Assembly: GCA_964016885.1 (NCBI GenBank)
Contig: OZ024741.1
Coordinates: forward strand, 342,054,001-342,118,000
Length of the DNA stretch: 64,000 nucleotides
Origin: Eledone cirrhosa
Taxonomy: Eukaryota
Reading direction: 5' to 3'
Position numbers and translations under genes: made by a program. Under the pieces are notes generated by a model. It made no database searches and was not told where the DNA came from. It saw nothing but the letters and a program-made list of their open reading frames with translations. Positions 49,751 through 64,000 of the stretch are shown piece after piece (positions within the stretch are counted from its first letter, which is position 1; each line of letters starts with the position of its first letter).

Positions 49751-52750
49751 TGCCTTTGCTTTTTCTGTGTTTTTCATTTCAGCAGCAAATGGAACTTCTG
49801 AAATGTGTAGTTCATTACTGTATCTTTGTGCATCTTTTGTAATGGAGTATGATCTTTTGATGCTTTCCTGTTTCAAAACGAGTTTGATCATCCAATCATG
49901 TGATTCCCTTAGATATGTAGATAATCCAATTGTTGCAGTTTTCAAAGCAATATCTAACTGGATTAATCCACGTCATCCTTCTTTCCTAGGGAGATATATT
50001 CAGTCTGTATCTGCCTTAGGGTGATGCATTCTGTGCATGGTTAAGAATTTTTTAATTTTTGCATCGAGCCTACAGATCTCTGTACTTGCCCAGTTGATGA
50101 CATTGAAACTGTAAGTTACTACTGGTATGGCAAGCGTGTTTATGGCATCGATCCTATTCCTTGCATTCAATTCCATTCTTAAGATTGCTCTTACTCTGTG
50201 GTAACATTCCTTCCTTATCCTTTCCCTCATTGTCGAGTGCTTGATTCTGTCTCCTTCACAAACACCTAGATATTTGTAAGTTTCCTCTTGATCAAGTTCT
50301 CATCACATTCCCTCGATCAAGATTAATGTCTGAACTTCTCAGCAGCTTTCCTCTGGTGCATTTATCTAGTCCAAACTCCATTTTAATATCATGACTGAAC
50401 TGCTTCAAAGTGAATAATAGCCCTCACAATTGCTCATAATCTTTTGCAAATAGGTTCAGATCATCCACGTAGAATAAGTGATTAATGGTTTTATCATAGA
50501 CTTTATATCCATGTTTTATTTCATTGAGCATTTTACTTAATGGTATAAGTGCGATGCAGAATAAAAGCGGTGATAAATTCCCTGAAAAATTCCACAATTA
50601 ATATTAACTTCTCCAGCTTTCAGTGATTTTTTTTCACTATTCAAAAGGAGTGTTGTTGTCCATATTTTCATACTGAATGACAAGAACCTCCTGACAATGG
50701 GAGATATTTTGAAAATCTCTAAACACTTTTCAATCCAACTGTGTGGCAAACTATCGAATGCTTTTTTGTAATCTATCCAAGCAATTGATAGATTTTTGTG
50801 TCTATTATGACAATCTTCTAGTATCATTTTGTTAACCAAAAGCTGATCCTTACAGCCATATGAGCCTTGTTTACACCCTTTCTGCTCATTGGGAAATAGA
50901 TCATTTGTTATCAGGTGATCATATGTATATTCAGTGTTAACATTTTATACATTGTGGTCAAGCAAGTTATCGGTCTGTAATTTTGGGGATTGTTTGTCTC
51001 ATCATTCTTCAGAAGTAGGAATGTAATGCCATTAACTAGCCATGATGGTATCTTTTCTGGCTCCTTAACCATTTCATTGTAAAGTTGGGCTAACGGCTCA
51101 TGAGACTCTGTAAAGGCATTTATCCAAAAATTTGGTATTTTGTTTTTCCCATTTGCTGGATTTTCTAAGAGCTAAATGGAGATGTTCAATTGTTATATTT
51201 TCTCATGTTTGTTCCTCAAGGTGAGCTGTATCTTTCATTTGTCTGATGATCCATGGGGCATGTATATTATGAACTTTTTCTTCGGCCCAGATCTTTTCCC
51301 AGAATTCTTGTACTTCCTCCTTGGGTGGTATTGATTTAGCAGTTATTGTTGACTTGCCAATTTTGGTTGTTTTTGAACATATTATTGTCCTTATAGAATC
51401 TAGATCGTTTTTCAAAGTGCCTTATACGAGCAGCTTTGGCCGACACTTTTTGCTTGATTGTTTCTATCAGCATGTCTAAGTCACTTGTTGATTTTATACT
51501 GTATTTTCTTTACAATTTTCTAAGTTTAGTTTGTTTAACATGTTCACCTACTTTGAAGTTTGCTAAAATTTCTATGTCAGATCGGAGAAGGTTTATTTGG
51601 CGATTGATGTTCTCTTTCCAAGTAGGTTTTTTGTGGGAATTCCTTTGTTTTTTCATTTTCACTCCACATAAGTGAGTGGTGACTTTAGCCGATGCATAAT
51701 AGAGATGATTTAGATCAGTAATGTTTAGTTTATTTGTGATGATAATGTTTTTGAGAGTTATGTTAGTTTTGTGTATTATCCTTTGGTTTTGGTTGGAGTT
51801 CTGGATCTTAGGAAGAGTGTCTCATTCCCCCATGTCAGATTCTTTCATTTTCATCCATTCGATCATAATTTCATTCTTCAAGTTGGCGAGTTCATTTTCA
51901 TTCATTTCTTTATCATTAACGATATCATTGTTTTCATTTTGAGTTTCATCTTGAGCATGCACTCCTTCCACTTTTTCGATCCTTTCTTTAATTTTTTCTG
52001 CTGTCAGTGATTCCGCCCCAACCCTGGGATTCGAAGTGTTACAATTTACCTCGTTTTCACTGACACATGTTTCATTTTCCCTTCGCTGACTTTGCGTTAA
52101 TTGCTTGATCTGATCAATTTTATATCAGTTAGTAACTTCTTCTTAACAATATTTCTTCGTATATTGGCTAGTTTGTTACTGTCAATATAGTCTCTGTTTT
52201 CAGGATGTTTCTTTTCCCAGTTGATATATGTCTGTTCTGTATTCGATCTATTTGATGGGTAGTACATGGCAGTGTAGAAAGCCTCAAGGACTTCTTTATT
52301 GTCTTCCCTTGACCATTTTTCTCTCTTTTTCTTTGGATTTCTTGGTGGTGAGCATGGAGGGCCAACAGTAGGAGTATTCCGGTTATGGGAGGCCTCCAGC
52401 TCCAAATTGATGGGAAAGTTTGAACCATTAGCTGATTTTTCGACCCCAGTCTGGTTCCTCTCTGAGGGATGCGGCCCTTTTTGACCCGCGTGACAGCCGA
52501 TCTGGTATGAGATTTTATCATTTGACATTGGTTTTATTTTGTTGCGTTTTATCCTTAACCGCCAAGGGGTAATCATTTCGTCTTACCACTCCTAGGACAA
52601 GTGTCAACCAAGACTAGAGGGGTCGTCCTCCCCTAGAGACGCAGCTATTCCCCGCGCGGCTGCCATCCCGGGTATTTCTTGGTCACAGGGGTTTTTGTTT
52701 TTAAATTGTTATTATCAGGAGTGGTTCCTTAATGTGAGCCCTGCATGGCT
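49751..52750 (-). mobile_element. R4/Dong-like (RLE-type) non-LTR retrotransposon, 3'-truncated and frameshifted
   Basis: KWSREDNKEVLEAFY, IAWIDYKKAFDSLPHSW, GIFQG, HLFYVDDL, ELNARNRIDAINTLAIPVVTYSF, HPKADTD. Confidence 0.82.
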
Positions 52751-52834
52751 AAGAAAGAAATTATTATTAATAATATAATATACTTTTTGTTGAAGTTACC
52801 TCTGTTGTTGTTGTTGGTTATGCCTGTGGTGCTT

Positions 52835-52930
52835 TATTTCATCCTTACGGAGTCGATAAAATAAAGCACCAGTAATGCATTGGGGTAATTGCTGGCCTTG
52901 TGCCAAAAGTAGAAACATTATTATTATTAT
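52835..52930 (+). mobile_element. SINE family A 3' fragment
   Basis: TTTCATCCTTACGGAGTCGATAAAATAAAG...GTAGAAACATTATTATT. Confidence 0.8.
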
Positions 52931-54270
52931 TAGCACATATTAAAAGTTTTAGCAAACAATTTCTGCTTTCACCTGAAAGACTTTAGCGTGAAACCAGAAA
53001 TTGTTTGCTTAAACTTTTAATATGTGCTAATAATAAATATTTGCTCTAAGGGTTTATATATATAATGAATAAGAACACAGTTAAATTAACCTTTTCTACC
53101 ACACCAAATTTAGCTGTGTATTTAGCTTTCAATAACCTCAGAAAATTATACAAATTTAACCAGAACATGCAATTCTGTAGATAATAATAAGCAATTAAAA
53201 CATCCCACAGGTTTAGATAAGGAATTTAATAGCAGCAACAATTCTGATGATTGTAATAAACTGATTTGTGATACTGATGACAATTGTAGGCTGTCTAATA
53301 CTAATAACATTTCATCTTACCTTAGTAATGCTGTAAGTAGACCCCCTAATACTAACGATCCTAATTGAAATTGTAGGATCCCTAATTCTTGTCTGTTTAG
53401 AGACCATTGCATTAGAAATAATATTGTTTGTAAGTGTGAGGCCTCAACGTATAATAAATTATATAATTACATAGGTGTAACTGCAAATAATTTTAAAACT
53501 AGAGTTTATTCACATATATGCCCCCATCCCCTTCCACTAGAAAGTGATTGTGGAGGTGTCACAACAAAAAAACACCCAGCCCACATTGTAAAGTGGTTGT
53601 GTAGGCGCCACGGAAAAAAAGCATCCAGCACTCACTGTAAATGAGGTTGGTGTTAGGAAGGGCATCCAGCTGTGGAAATCAAGCCAAAATCAGTTCCCAT
53701 ATGAGCAAGACAATGTCACCCAACCTAACATTGCCCACAACAGGACAACCTGTCTAACCCATGCTAGCTTGGAAGAATGGACATAAAACGGTGATGATGG
53801 TGATGATGATGATCTAAATTATTTTAGGCATGAAAAATTTAAAAATTCTACTTCCTTAGTTAAACTAATCTAGCATCTAAAAAGTGATAATATATGATAA
53901 GTGGGATCTTATAATATATGATAAGTGGGATATTATTAATTCAGCAAAAGCTTATGGAGGAGGTAGAACTAAATGTAATATTTGTCTGACAGAAGCATTT
54001 GAAATTATTACTTTTCAAATTATCCTTCTCAACTCTAGAAATGAGATAATCCTTTCTTGTTCACATAGAAATTTTCACTCTTTCTTTTACAAAATTCTCA
54101 ACCCTGATTAAATATATCTATTGACATCCCTGTTTAAGTATTTATTAACACCTTGAATATTAGTCTTATATATCTTTTATACCCTACCTCTATCTTAAAC
54201 TATCTTATCAATTTTTTCTGTTACCCCTCTTAGACTTCCGTATTTAATGAACTAAAATTTTAATTCATAG
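52925..54270 (+). mobile_element. Decayed PLE (GIY-YIG domain) with a short 5' inverted repeat (52925-53035), interrupted by an RTE tail
   Basis: NCRIPNSCLFRDHCIRNNIVCKC...YIGVTANNFKTRVYSH, then after the insert STSLVK...KWDIINSAKAYGGGRTKCNICLTE...LLNSRNEIILSCSHR. Confidence 0.75.
53520..53812 (+). mobile_element. RTE 3'-UTR-only insertion within the PLE
   Basis: Same 3' UTR and (TGA)n tail as 47950-48210. Confidence 0.8.
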
Positions 54271-54284
54271 TTGTATATGTGCAC

Positions 54285-54710
54285 TTTTGGTGCCACGACA
54301 AAATACACAGCAAGTGGTCATTCTGGTGCCACAACAAAAAGTTGTAAAGTGGTCATGTAGGTGACATATTAAAAGGTGGCCAGTACATACTGTAAAGTGG
54401 CCATTTTGCTGCTGCAACAAAAAGTGCCCAGTCCCCACTCTAAAATAGACATGTTAGTGACACAAAAAAAAATGCCTAGTCGAAACTGTAAAGTGGTTAT
54501 GTAGGTGTCATGACAAAAAGCATCCAGTTCACACTGTGAAGTGGTCGCTTTGGTGCCACAATAAAAGGAAGGGCATCCAGCCATAGAAACCATTCCAGAA
54601 ACAGTTCTGTATGAGCCAGACATGGTCATCTGACCTGACTTGACTCAAAACAGAACAACTCATCTAACTCATACTAGCATGGAAAAATGGACATTAAATG
54701 GTGATGATGT
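54285..54710 (+). mobile_element. Diverged RTE/SINE 3' UTR with tandem subrepeats
   Basis: Repeated TGTAAAGTGG...CACxACAAAAA units and AGGAAGGGCATCCAGC. Confidence 0.65.
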
Positions 54711-54741
54711 GTGGGTATGTATATGTATATATATATATATA

Positions 54742-57700
54742 TCATCATCATCATCATCAACGTTTAACGTCCGTGTTCCACGCTTGCATGGGTTTGGACG
54801 GGGGTAGTCCCACTTGAGGCAAGAGTGATTGTCTTGCTCGCATAGGACTGTCTGGCAGGTTTTCTACAGTTGGATGCCCTTCCTAACACCAACCACATTT
54901 ACAGTGTGGGTCTGGGAGGTTTTTACCGTGTTGCCTACACGGCTACATTACAGCGTGGACTGTGTGTTTTTTTGTCGTGACACCTACACGATCTCATTTG
55001 TTTCGGCCTGGATGGCGCGGCACCAACATAACTTTACATAGAACGGGGTGGTGTGGATGGGGGGGGGGGGGTATTTTGTTAGAGATGCCTACTGGCTGTA
55101 GTAGGTTTTACTATGTATTTAGGTAAGGCGGGTCTTCTCTGTTACTGAGTACCGCCAAAGGTCTCGGTCCAGTGACATTGTCTTGGAGAGGTGTAAGTGT
55201 GTGAGGTCGGAGTTTATCAGCTCGTCCCAGGTTTTTCTAGGTCTGCCTATTCCGTGGCTACCGTCTATCTTTATTGCCCTGCACTTTGTTATACAGCTAT
55301 CGACTTTCATGCGCATCACGTGTCCATACCAACGTAGCCTCTCGAGTAAACAACATCTGATCCCTCTTATTTCTAATTTTTTCCTTAGTTCGTTTATGCT
55401 TTGCCGTTCACGTATATTACTGTTACACATCCAGCGGAGCATGCAAGCTTCGTTCCTCTCTAGTCTGCGTATATCCTCTGCACACAATGCGCAGGTCTCA
55501 CTGCCATGCAACATTGCTGTTCGTGCAGGCATCGTACAACCTGCCTTTCATTTTTAGGGAGAACCCTTTAGCAGCTAATAGTGGTATAAGCTCTCTGAAC
55601 TTTTTCCAACCAGTTCTGACTCTAGCTACTGTACTTTCAGAGCACCCTCCCCCACTGCTGATTTTATTGCCCAGGTAACGGAAGCTGTCCACTATCTCTA
55701 TAGAACCCTCTGCGCAATTGAAAGAGCTAGTATTTTGTGGGCACTTGCTGCTACTTATTGCACCAGAGCACCGGCCACATGTAAAATCTATGTTCTTAGT
55801 TAGCTTACCTGTGATCCCACTACATCTTTTATGCACCCATACTTTGCATTTAGGACATAAAATGGACTTTCTACCTACGCCTTTCCTACACACCGAGCAC
55901 GACCATTTCCCAGAAGGGACCGCCGCCTTATTTTCTTTCCTACAAACTAGAACTTTAGTCTTAGCCAGGTTAATTTTAAGTCCTTTTGATTCTAGGCCGT
56001 GCTTCCATGTTTGGAATTTCTTCTCTAGCTCGGCCATTGATTCCGCTATGAGTGTCAGGTCGTCTGCGTATAGGAGTTCCCATGGGCAGCCGGTCTTGAA
56101 CTCCTCTGTTATAGCCTGAAGGGCAATAATAAATAGTAGGGGGCTGAGAACAGAGCCCTGATGGACGCCAACTTTTACGCTAAACTCTTCACTATATTCG
56201 TTGTTAATTCTAACCTTGCTGACTGTTTCTTTATACATGGCTTGTATAGCCCTCACAAGCCATTCGTCGACGCCTAGTTTTCTAAGAGCCCACCAGATAA
56301 TGGAGCGGGGGACTCTGTCGAAGGCTTTCTCCAAGTCGACAAAAGCTAAGTAGAGGGGTTTACCTTTAGCTAGGTACTTCTCCTGTAGTTGTCGTACAAT
56401 GAAAAGAGCGTCTGTGGTACCTTTGCCTGACACAAACCCGAACTGCATTTCATCTAGGTCAATTCTCTCTCTAATTAGTTGCGCTATTACTTTTTCCGTG
56501 ACCTTCATGACCTGGTCGATTAGTTTAATGCCTCTATAGTTACTCCTATCTAGGGCGTCTCCTTTACCCTTATAACAGTTAACGATGATGCTGCTATGCC
56601 AGTCCTTCGGAACAACCCCATTCTGTACGACTTGGTTAACTATGCGGGTGACCATGGTGTGTCCCACCGTGCCAGATGCCTTCAGCATCTCAGCAACTAT
56701 TTCCGAAGGCCCAGCCGCCTTACCCGTCTTCATATCCTTGATTGCCTTACTTATTATACTCCCCTCGACTAACACTGCTGGTCCCTCTATTGGGTCGATA
56801 TGGGGGAGACTGTCTTTCTCCCATTTATTCTCCTCATTTAGTAGCCTTTCATAGTGACACTTCCAAGCTACCTTCTTATCAGCGTCGGTGATGGCAAGTG
56901 TGCCATCATCGTTAAGTACACACTTCTCCCCGACAATATCACGGTTTTCCTTGACGCATTGCCTTGCAATCCTGAACACCTCATGTTTTTGGTCCTCGCG
57001 TTGTAGAACATGCTTGAACTTTCTTTCCTCTGCTTCCCTTCTTGCTAAGTACACTTGTCTCCTAGCTTCCCTCCTGGCCACTTGATAGTCTTCTCTACTT
57101 CCCCCATCCCGCCATACTTTCCAAGCCTGCTTTTTGGCCTTAATTGACCCCTCCACCTTACTGTTCCACCACCATGTTACTCTCCTCCTGCCTACAGGCC
57201 TGCTCCAGCCACAGACTTCGTCTGTCGCCATCAGCAGGTTTGCTTTCAGAAATTCCCACTGTCCCTCTATATTTTCCGACTCTAAATGTTCTTCCTTACT
57301 GTCGAAAGCATCAAGTAATATGCTTTGAAATTTATTTCTGGTTGTGGGGTCCTTTAGCTTCCATATTTTTCTCCTGAGGATAGTCCTCTTCTGCTGTCGA
57401 GTACGTCTCGTCCTGACTATGAGGTCGCTAATTATCAGTCTATGTTGGGAGGTGCATTCTTCATGGGGTAGGGATTTAGTGTTTACAACAGACACTCTGT
57501 CACGTCTTCTGGTAAGGATATAATCTACCTGGCTTGTGTGTTCCCCAGATCTATAGGTGATCAGGTGATTGTCACGTTTTTTGAAGTTAGTGTTACAGAT
57601 AGTTAGGTTATTTGCATCACAGAATTCCAGGATTCTGGAGCCTTCCTCATTTCTAGTACCAAACCCATAGCCTCCATGGATTTCGTCGTAGCCGTCACAA

Positions 57701-57885
57701 TGTTGTCCAACGTGACCATTTAGGTCGCCTGCAATAATTATATAGTCACTGTCGGATATTTGGGAGGTAGTTAGCATCAGTGTCTCATAGAATCTGTCTT
57801 TTATAGTGCCGGGCAGTCCGGATTGGGGTGCGTACGCAGATATTACTGTCACCGTAGTTCTATTGAGGACAAGTCGTATTTTAAT
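54742..57885 (-). mobile_element. RTE LINE, relatively intact
   Basis: 784-aa ORF plus a frameshifted C-terminus. (TGA)n tail at 54742-54758. Confidence 0.93.
55498..57852 (-). CDS. RTE ORF (APE endonuclease plus reverse transcriptase), 5'-truncated and frameshifted near the C-terminus
   Basis: SAYAPQ, AGDLNGHVG, SQHRLI, NYRGIKL, QFGF, DLEKAFD, QGSVLSP, YADD and a Cys-rich CxxC...CxxC...HxxC...CxxC insert. Confidence 0.9.
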   Translation of the reverse strand: MTVISAYAPQSGLPGTIKDRFYETLMLTTSQISDSDYIIIAGDLNGHVGQHCDGYDEIHGGYGFGTRNEEGSRILEFCDANNLTICNTNFKKRDNHLITYRSGEHTSQVDYILTRRRDRVSVVNTKSLPHEECTSQHRLIISDLIVRTRRTRQQKRTILRRKIWKLKDPTTRNKFQSILLDAFDSKEEHLESENIEGQWEFLKANLLMATDEVCGWSRPVGRRRVTWWWNSKVEGSIKAKKQAWKVWRDGGSREDYQVARREARRQVYLARREAEERKFKHVLQREDQKHEVFRIARQCVKENRDIVGEKCVLNDDGTLAITDADKKVAWKCHYERLLNEENKWEKDSLPHIDPIEGPAVLVEGSIISKAIKDMKTGKAAGPSEIVAEMLKASGTVGHTMVTRIVNQVVQNGVVPKDWHSSIIVNCYKGKGDALDRSNYRGIKLIDQVMKVTEKVIAQLIRERIDLDEMQFGFVSGKGTTDALFIVRQLQEKYLAKGKPLYLAFVDLEKAFDRVPRSIIWWALRKLGVDEWLVRAIQAMYKETVSKVRINNEYSEEFSVKVGVHQGSVLSPLLFIIALQAITEEFKTGCPWELLYADDLTLIAESMAELEKKFQTWKHGLESKGLKINLAKTKVLVCRKENKAAVPSGKWSCSVCRKGVGRKSILCPKCKVWVHKRCSGITGKLTKNIDFTCGRCSGAISSSKCPQNTSSFNCAEGSIEIVDSFRYLGNKISSGGGCSESTVARVRTGWKKFRELIPLLAAKGFSLKMKGRLYDACTNSNVAWQ

Positions 57886-58059
57886 TATATATATATATAC
57901 ATACCCATGTTTAGCATTTTTGTTAAATTTAAATATGCTACCTTTTGTAATTATATGTATATATTTGTAATTCTTTCCAAATTATCTCCTGTTAACGTTT
58001 AATATGTTTATATATATATATCATTTGTTTTTGAATATATATATATATTAAAAAACGAA

Positions 58060-58094
<35 letters not shown>

Positions 58095-58097
<3 letters not shown>

Positions 58098-58425
58098 TCA
58101 TCATTTCATTTTACGTCCACTTTTTCCCTGCTTACAAGGGTGGGACGGGAACTGATTCTGGCTTGATTTCTACAGCTGGATGCCCTTCCTAACACCAGCC
58201 TCATTTACAGTGAGTGGTGGATGCTTTTTTGCCATGGCACCTCCACAACCACTTTGCAGTGGAATGATATGGACCCCAGTCCCTATCATCTCATTTCTAC
58301 AGCTGAGTAAACTGGAGCAATGTTAAATAAAGTATCTTGCTCAAGGAAACAACACATTACCCAGTCTGAGAATTGAACTCACAACCTTTCGATTGGAAGG
58401 CCAATGCTCCAACCACTAAGCCATG
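58095..58425 (-). mobile_element. SINE family B copy
   Basis: Reverse complement of 13013-13315, with a fuller tRNA head (TGGCTTAGTGGTTGG...GAGTTCAATTCTC). Confidence 0.85.
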
Positions 58426-58431
58426 TGTATA

Positions 58432-60755
<2,324 letters not shown>

Positions 60756-60757
60756 TG

Positions 60758-60794
<37 letters not shown>

Positions 60795-60796
<2 letters not shown>

Positions 60797-60892
60797 AATA
60801 TAGAAATGGCTTCTACAGGACTAGAACTGTTTCATTCGGGAGAAATCATCAGTAAGCCCCTGCTGGTCCTGTAGAAGGCATTTCTATATTAA
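60795..60892. repeat. Short inverted repeat (~30-bp arms) enclosing a degenerate hammerhead-like motif
   Basis: Arms TTAATATAGAAATGGCTTCTACAGGACTAG and CTGGTCCTGTAGAAGGCATTTCTATATTAA. The minus strand between them reads CTGATGA-tttc tccc gaat-GAAA-cagtTC. Confidence 0.55.
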
Positions 60893-61350
60893 ATATTTAT
60901 ACTCAGCTATGTATTGAGTACCTTACTTAACGTGGTTATCCCCAACTGAACCCGGGATAAACATATATATATATATATATATAAACATATCAAACATAAA
61001 CAGGAAATAATTTGCAAAGAATGTAAGAACATATAATTACAAAAGGTGGCATATTTAAATTTAACAAGTATTTTAAATATAAATACCTGACATTCAATAA
61101 TTATTTATACTCTCTCGTACATATTCCATTAAATGGTGAAGTTCAATAGTCAATTTTAGATCATGAGTGAGAGAGAAAATCAAACTATATGAACTTACAC
61201 CTCCAATACAAATCATGGACTGTCGAAAACACACATTATCTTCTGTTAATGTTTCATATGGTTATATATATATAGATATCATTCATTTTTGAATTTATGA
61301 TAAGAGCTCAGATTTATTCCTTAGAATCTTTCTTGGAGCTTTGCTTGCAG

Positions 61351-61645
61351 GTGATATGGTGCCTGTCTAAAAATAGTGAAGACATATTTTACTACCCTAA
61401 ACCATTGGCGTGACCTGGATACATGGAAGCACCTACACACATACTCTGATGGGTAACAGCATTACCAAGCCATGAATGATATATATATACAAGTGATATG
61501 GTGCGTGTCTAAAAATGGTGAAGACATATTTTATTAGGAATAGGGGAGGGGGGCTACCCTAAACCATTGGAGTGACATGGACACATGGAAGCACCTATAC
61601 ACATACTCTAATGGGTAACAGAATTACCAAGCCAGGAATGATATA
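61351..61645 (+). repeat. Two diverged ~140-150-bp direct repeats
   Basis: GTGATATGGTGC...AAGACATATTTT...CTACCCTAAACCATTGG...ATTACCAAGCC at 61351 and 61493. Confidence 0.8.
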
Positions 61646-61652
61646 GAATAAT

Positions 61653-61692
61653 ATAGTCTGATGAAGGATTATAATCTGAAAGCACTCACTAT
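61653..61692 (+). ncRNA. Minimal type I hammerhead ribozyme
   Basis: atagt-CTGATGA-a-ggat tata atct-GAAA-gcac-TC-actat, with a perfect 5-bp stem I. Confidence 0.72.
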
Positions 61693-62330
61693 CAAGTGAA
61701 CAATACTAACCCAGCAACGAGGCTCATAGACTGTAGCCACATGACCGTTCACAGTAACTATACTAAAACTAATTCTAACTCTAACACTAACATTAATTCT
61801 CACACACTCATCTTTCTACACCTCTACCTTCACCTAAACAAACAATAAAACATAAAATGTAAACCATTTTTAAACAAGTTTTATTTCATTTATTGTATTT
61901 TATTATATTCTAGCTTCTACCTCTCAGTTCCCTACAGCTTACTCTTTTTACATTGCACTGAACTGCACACACTACAATAAACACAAAAACAAACTACACA
62001 ACCCACTACACATACATGTTGCTTGAGATGCACCAACACATTATATCTGTGTTTGTATATTTAAATGTAAGAACATGGCAAAGTTTCACATTAGATTTAA
62101 AACGAAATAAAATATCCCTAAGCCAAACAATGTTGACCACTAAACAAATCCTTTAATCTTTTGTTGACACACCCTGCCCCTATTTTGGTATTCCCATTCC
62201 ATCTCATTGCCATAACATTAGGAAATTTATTGATCTCCTTTGAGAATATTGGATTTGGGTGTTTATAACTTAGTTTTATTGATTCTTACAAATATATCAT
62301 GTTTAATACATGTGTGTCTGTGTGAATGTG

Positions 62331-62411
<81 letters not shown>

Positions 62412-62869
62412 CATCATCATTTTTATGTTGACTTTTCCATGCTTACATTGGTTGGATGGGAGTCTTTGAGGCAATGTTTTATAGCCGGATACCCTTCCTG
62501 ACAAAAACACTTTTTAATACCTTCTTATGACACACAGAGATACAGTGCACCTATTCTAAACTAGATGTACATATATTGTTGTGGTGGCCTCTGTGACTTT
62601 GTCCCTTTAACCACAGTTTTCAATTTGTCATGCCATTTAATGTATGTTTATTACTCTAAGATGTAACTTATCGATTTATCAATATCTTCTTATTGAGTTC
62701 TTCGTGCAAAGCTCCGAATATTGTTTCTTTCATTATGCTAGCCAAGTGCTGCAACTTCGATTTTACTAGCTTCCACTCTTATATATATTACTCTCTCGGC
62801 TTATCACCTTCTTTTGCATATTGCCTTTAGAGAATTGTGGCAATGAGTTGCATGATTTAAGATTAGTAC

Positions 62870-63385
62870 TGATGTCACAATAAAATGCCCCCAATGCACT
62901 CTGTAAAGCTGTTAACAGTTGAACAGAAACAGCATAGAGTTGAGAGTACCCATTAGTTCTTCTGAGGACACATCACCGTCTCTAATGCTTGTGCCACAAT
63001 AAAATACACCCAGTACACTCTGTAAAACAGTTAGCAGTTGAACAGAAACATCATAGAATTGAGAGTACCCATTAGTCCATGTATGGGCAACTCTTTTTGA
63101 TCAGTCAGCCGCATAGTATGTGCTTCATCTTAAGGTGGACCACACAACTAAAATGGGCCACACAACTACAAAAATTCAGGGCAATTTTGAAATTAAACAT
63201 GTTTTCAGAAAGCCAAACGGGCCATAGTTTTCCCATGACTACTTCAGTCCTTCTGAGGACACTTCACCTTCTCTAGTGCTGGTGCCACAATACAATGCAC
63301 CCAGTACACTATATAAATAGTTGGCATTAGGAAGAGCATCCAATGGTAGAACTGTGTAGCCCTCTGAAAAATAATGATGATGATG
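62870..63385 (+). mobile_element. Decayed RTE/SINE 3'-UTR subrepeats
   Basis: Three GTGCCACAATAAAATGCACCCAGTACACTCTGTAAA-like units, TTAGGAAGAGCATCCA and (TGA)n. Confidence 0.6.
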
Positions 63386-63426
<41 letters not shown>

Positions 63427-63566
63427 GAGCTAGCCTTCAAAGAAACAACACCACGCGTTCAGCCGGCCCCCTGTATCATGAAAAGAAAATCTTTTTCGGG
63501 GAAATTATTGGATTTTTCCAAATTTAAAGGTTTCTTAGGAACTTTCAATGTTTATTTTAGGTTTTA

Positions 63567-63624
63567 CCGTCTGAAGAGCTCAGGCTATCATAACTGATAG
63601 TCCTCAGTGAAATATGTATAACAG
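63567..63624 (+). ncRNA. Hammerhead ribozyme within a short element (63423-63660) between (TA)n tracts
   Basis: ccgt-CTGAAGA-gctcaggctatca taac tgatagtcctcagt-GAAA-tatgta-TA-acag. Confidence 0.6.
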
Positions 63625-63710
63625 AGTTTAATCAACTGAATATGGCCGCCAATCTTTTATTAATATATATATTTATATATATATATATATAAATTTAAAT
63701 AATTTTAAAA

Positions 63711-64000
63711 GCCATACAATGCATTAGAAAATTAAAGATACCAAGATAACGATAGAATCTTACCTTAGCAAATTGAACCATCCCAAATATTTTAGGGTTT
63801 AAAAACCTATTATCAAGGGAGTATCCCTGTGAAAGTCTTCCTAGCAATAGCTCATCTCTGACCGATCTTTTAAGATCTTCACTGGAATACTACCTTAATA
63901 ATGGGTTTGAAAACCCAAAAATATTTGGGAAAGTTAAATTTGCTAAGGTAAGATTCTATCGTTATCTTAGCACCTTTAATTTTCTAATGCATTATATGGT
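63711..64000. repeat. Inverted repeat (~110-bp arms) running to the window end, probable PLE remnant
   Basis: 63711-63820 is roughly the reverse complement of 63891-64000. Confidence 0.7.

Noticed and set aside
52962-52998. CTGAAAGA...GAAAC in the loop of a short inverted repeat
   Set aside because: Wrong core spacing, and no cleavage triplet or stem I.

Overview
AT-rich, microsatellite-dense eukaryotic DNA made almost entirely of transposable elements and simple repeats. The SINE/RTE repertoire suggests a cephalopod (octopus-like) genome, which is an inference. No host exon is convincingly visible. Contents: a hAT transposase relic; several RTE-type LINE copies; a 5'-inverted Tx1/L1-like element; an R4/Dong-like element; tRNA-derived SINEs; large mini/microsatellite blocks; a 200-N gap; and many Penelope-like element (PLE) remnants, many of them inverted-repeat structures beside (TA)n. 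The main unexplained signal is a non-coding 466-bp head-to-tail array (36565-39126, 5.5 near-identical units). Every full unit carries a 41-nt minimal type I hammerhead ribozyme on the minus strand, and the array ends in a PLE-style inverted partial copy. It reads as a retrozyme-like, circRNA-forming element. About ten more hammerhead motifs from several families, including U3-A8 core variants and expanded stem II forms, lie elsewhere in the window next to GIY-YIG PLE remnants that could be the mobilising partners. All folds were read by eye and none was computed or tested.
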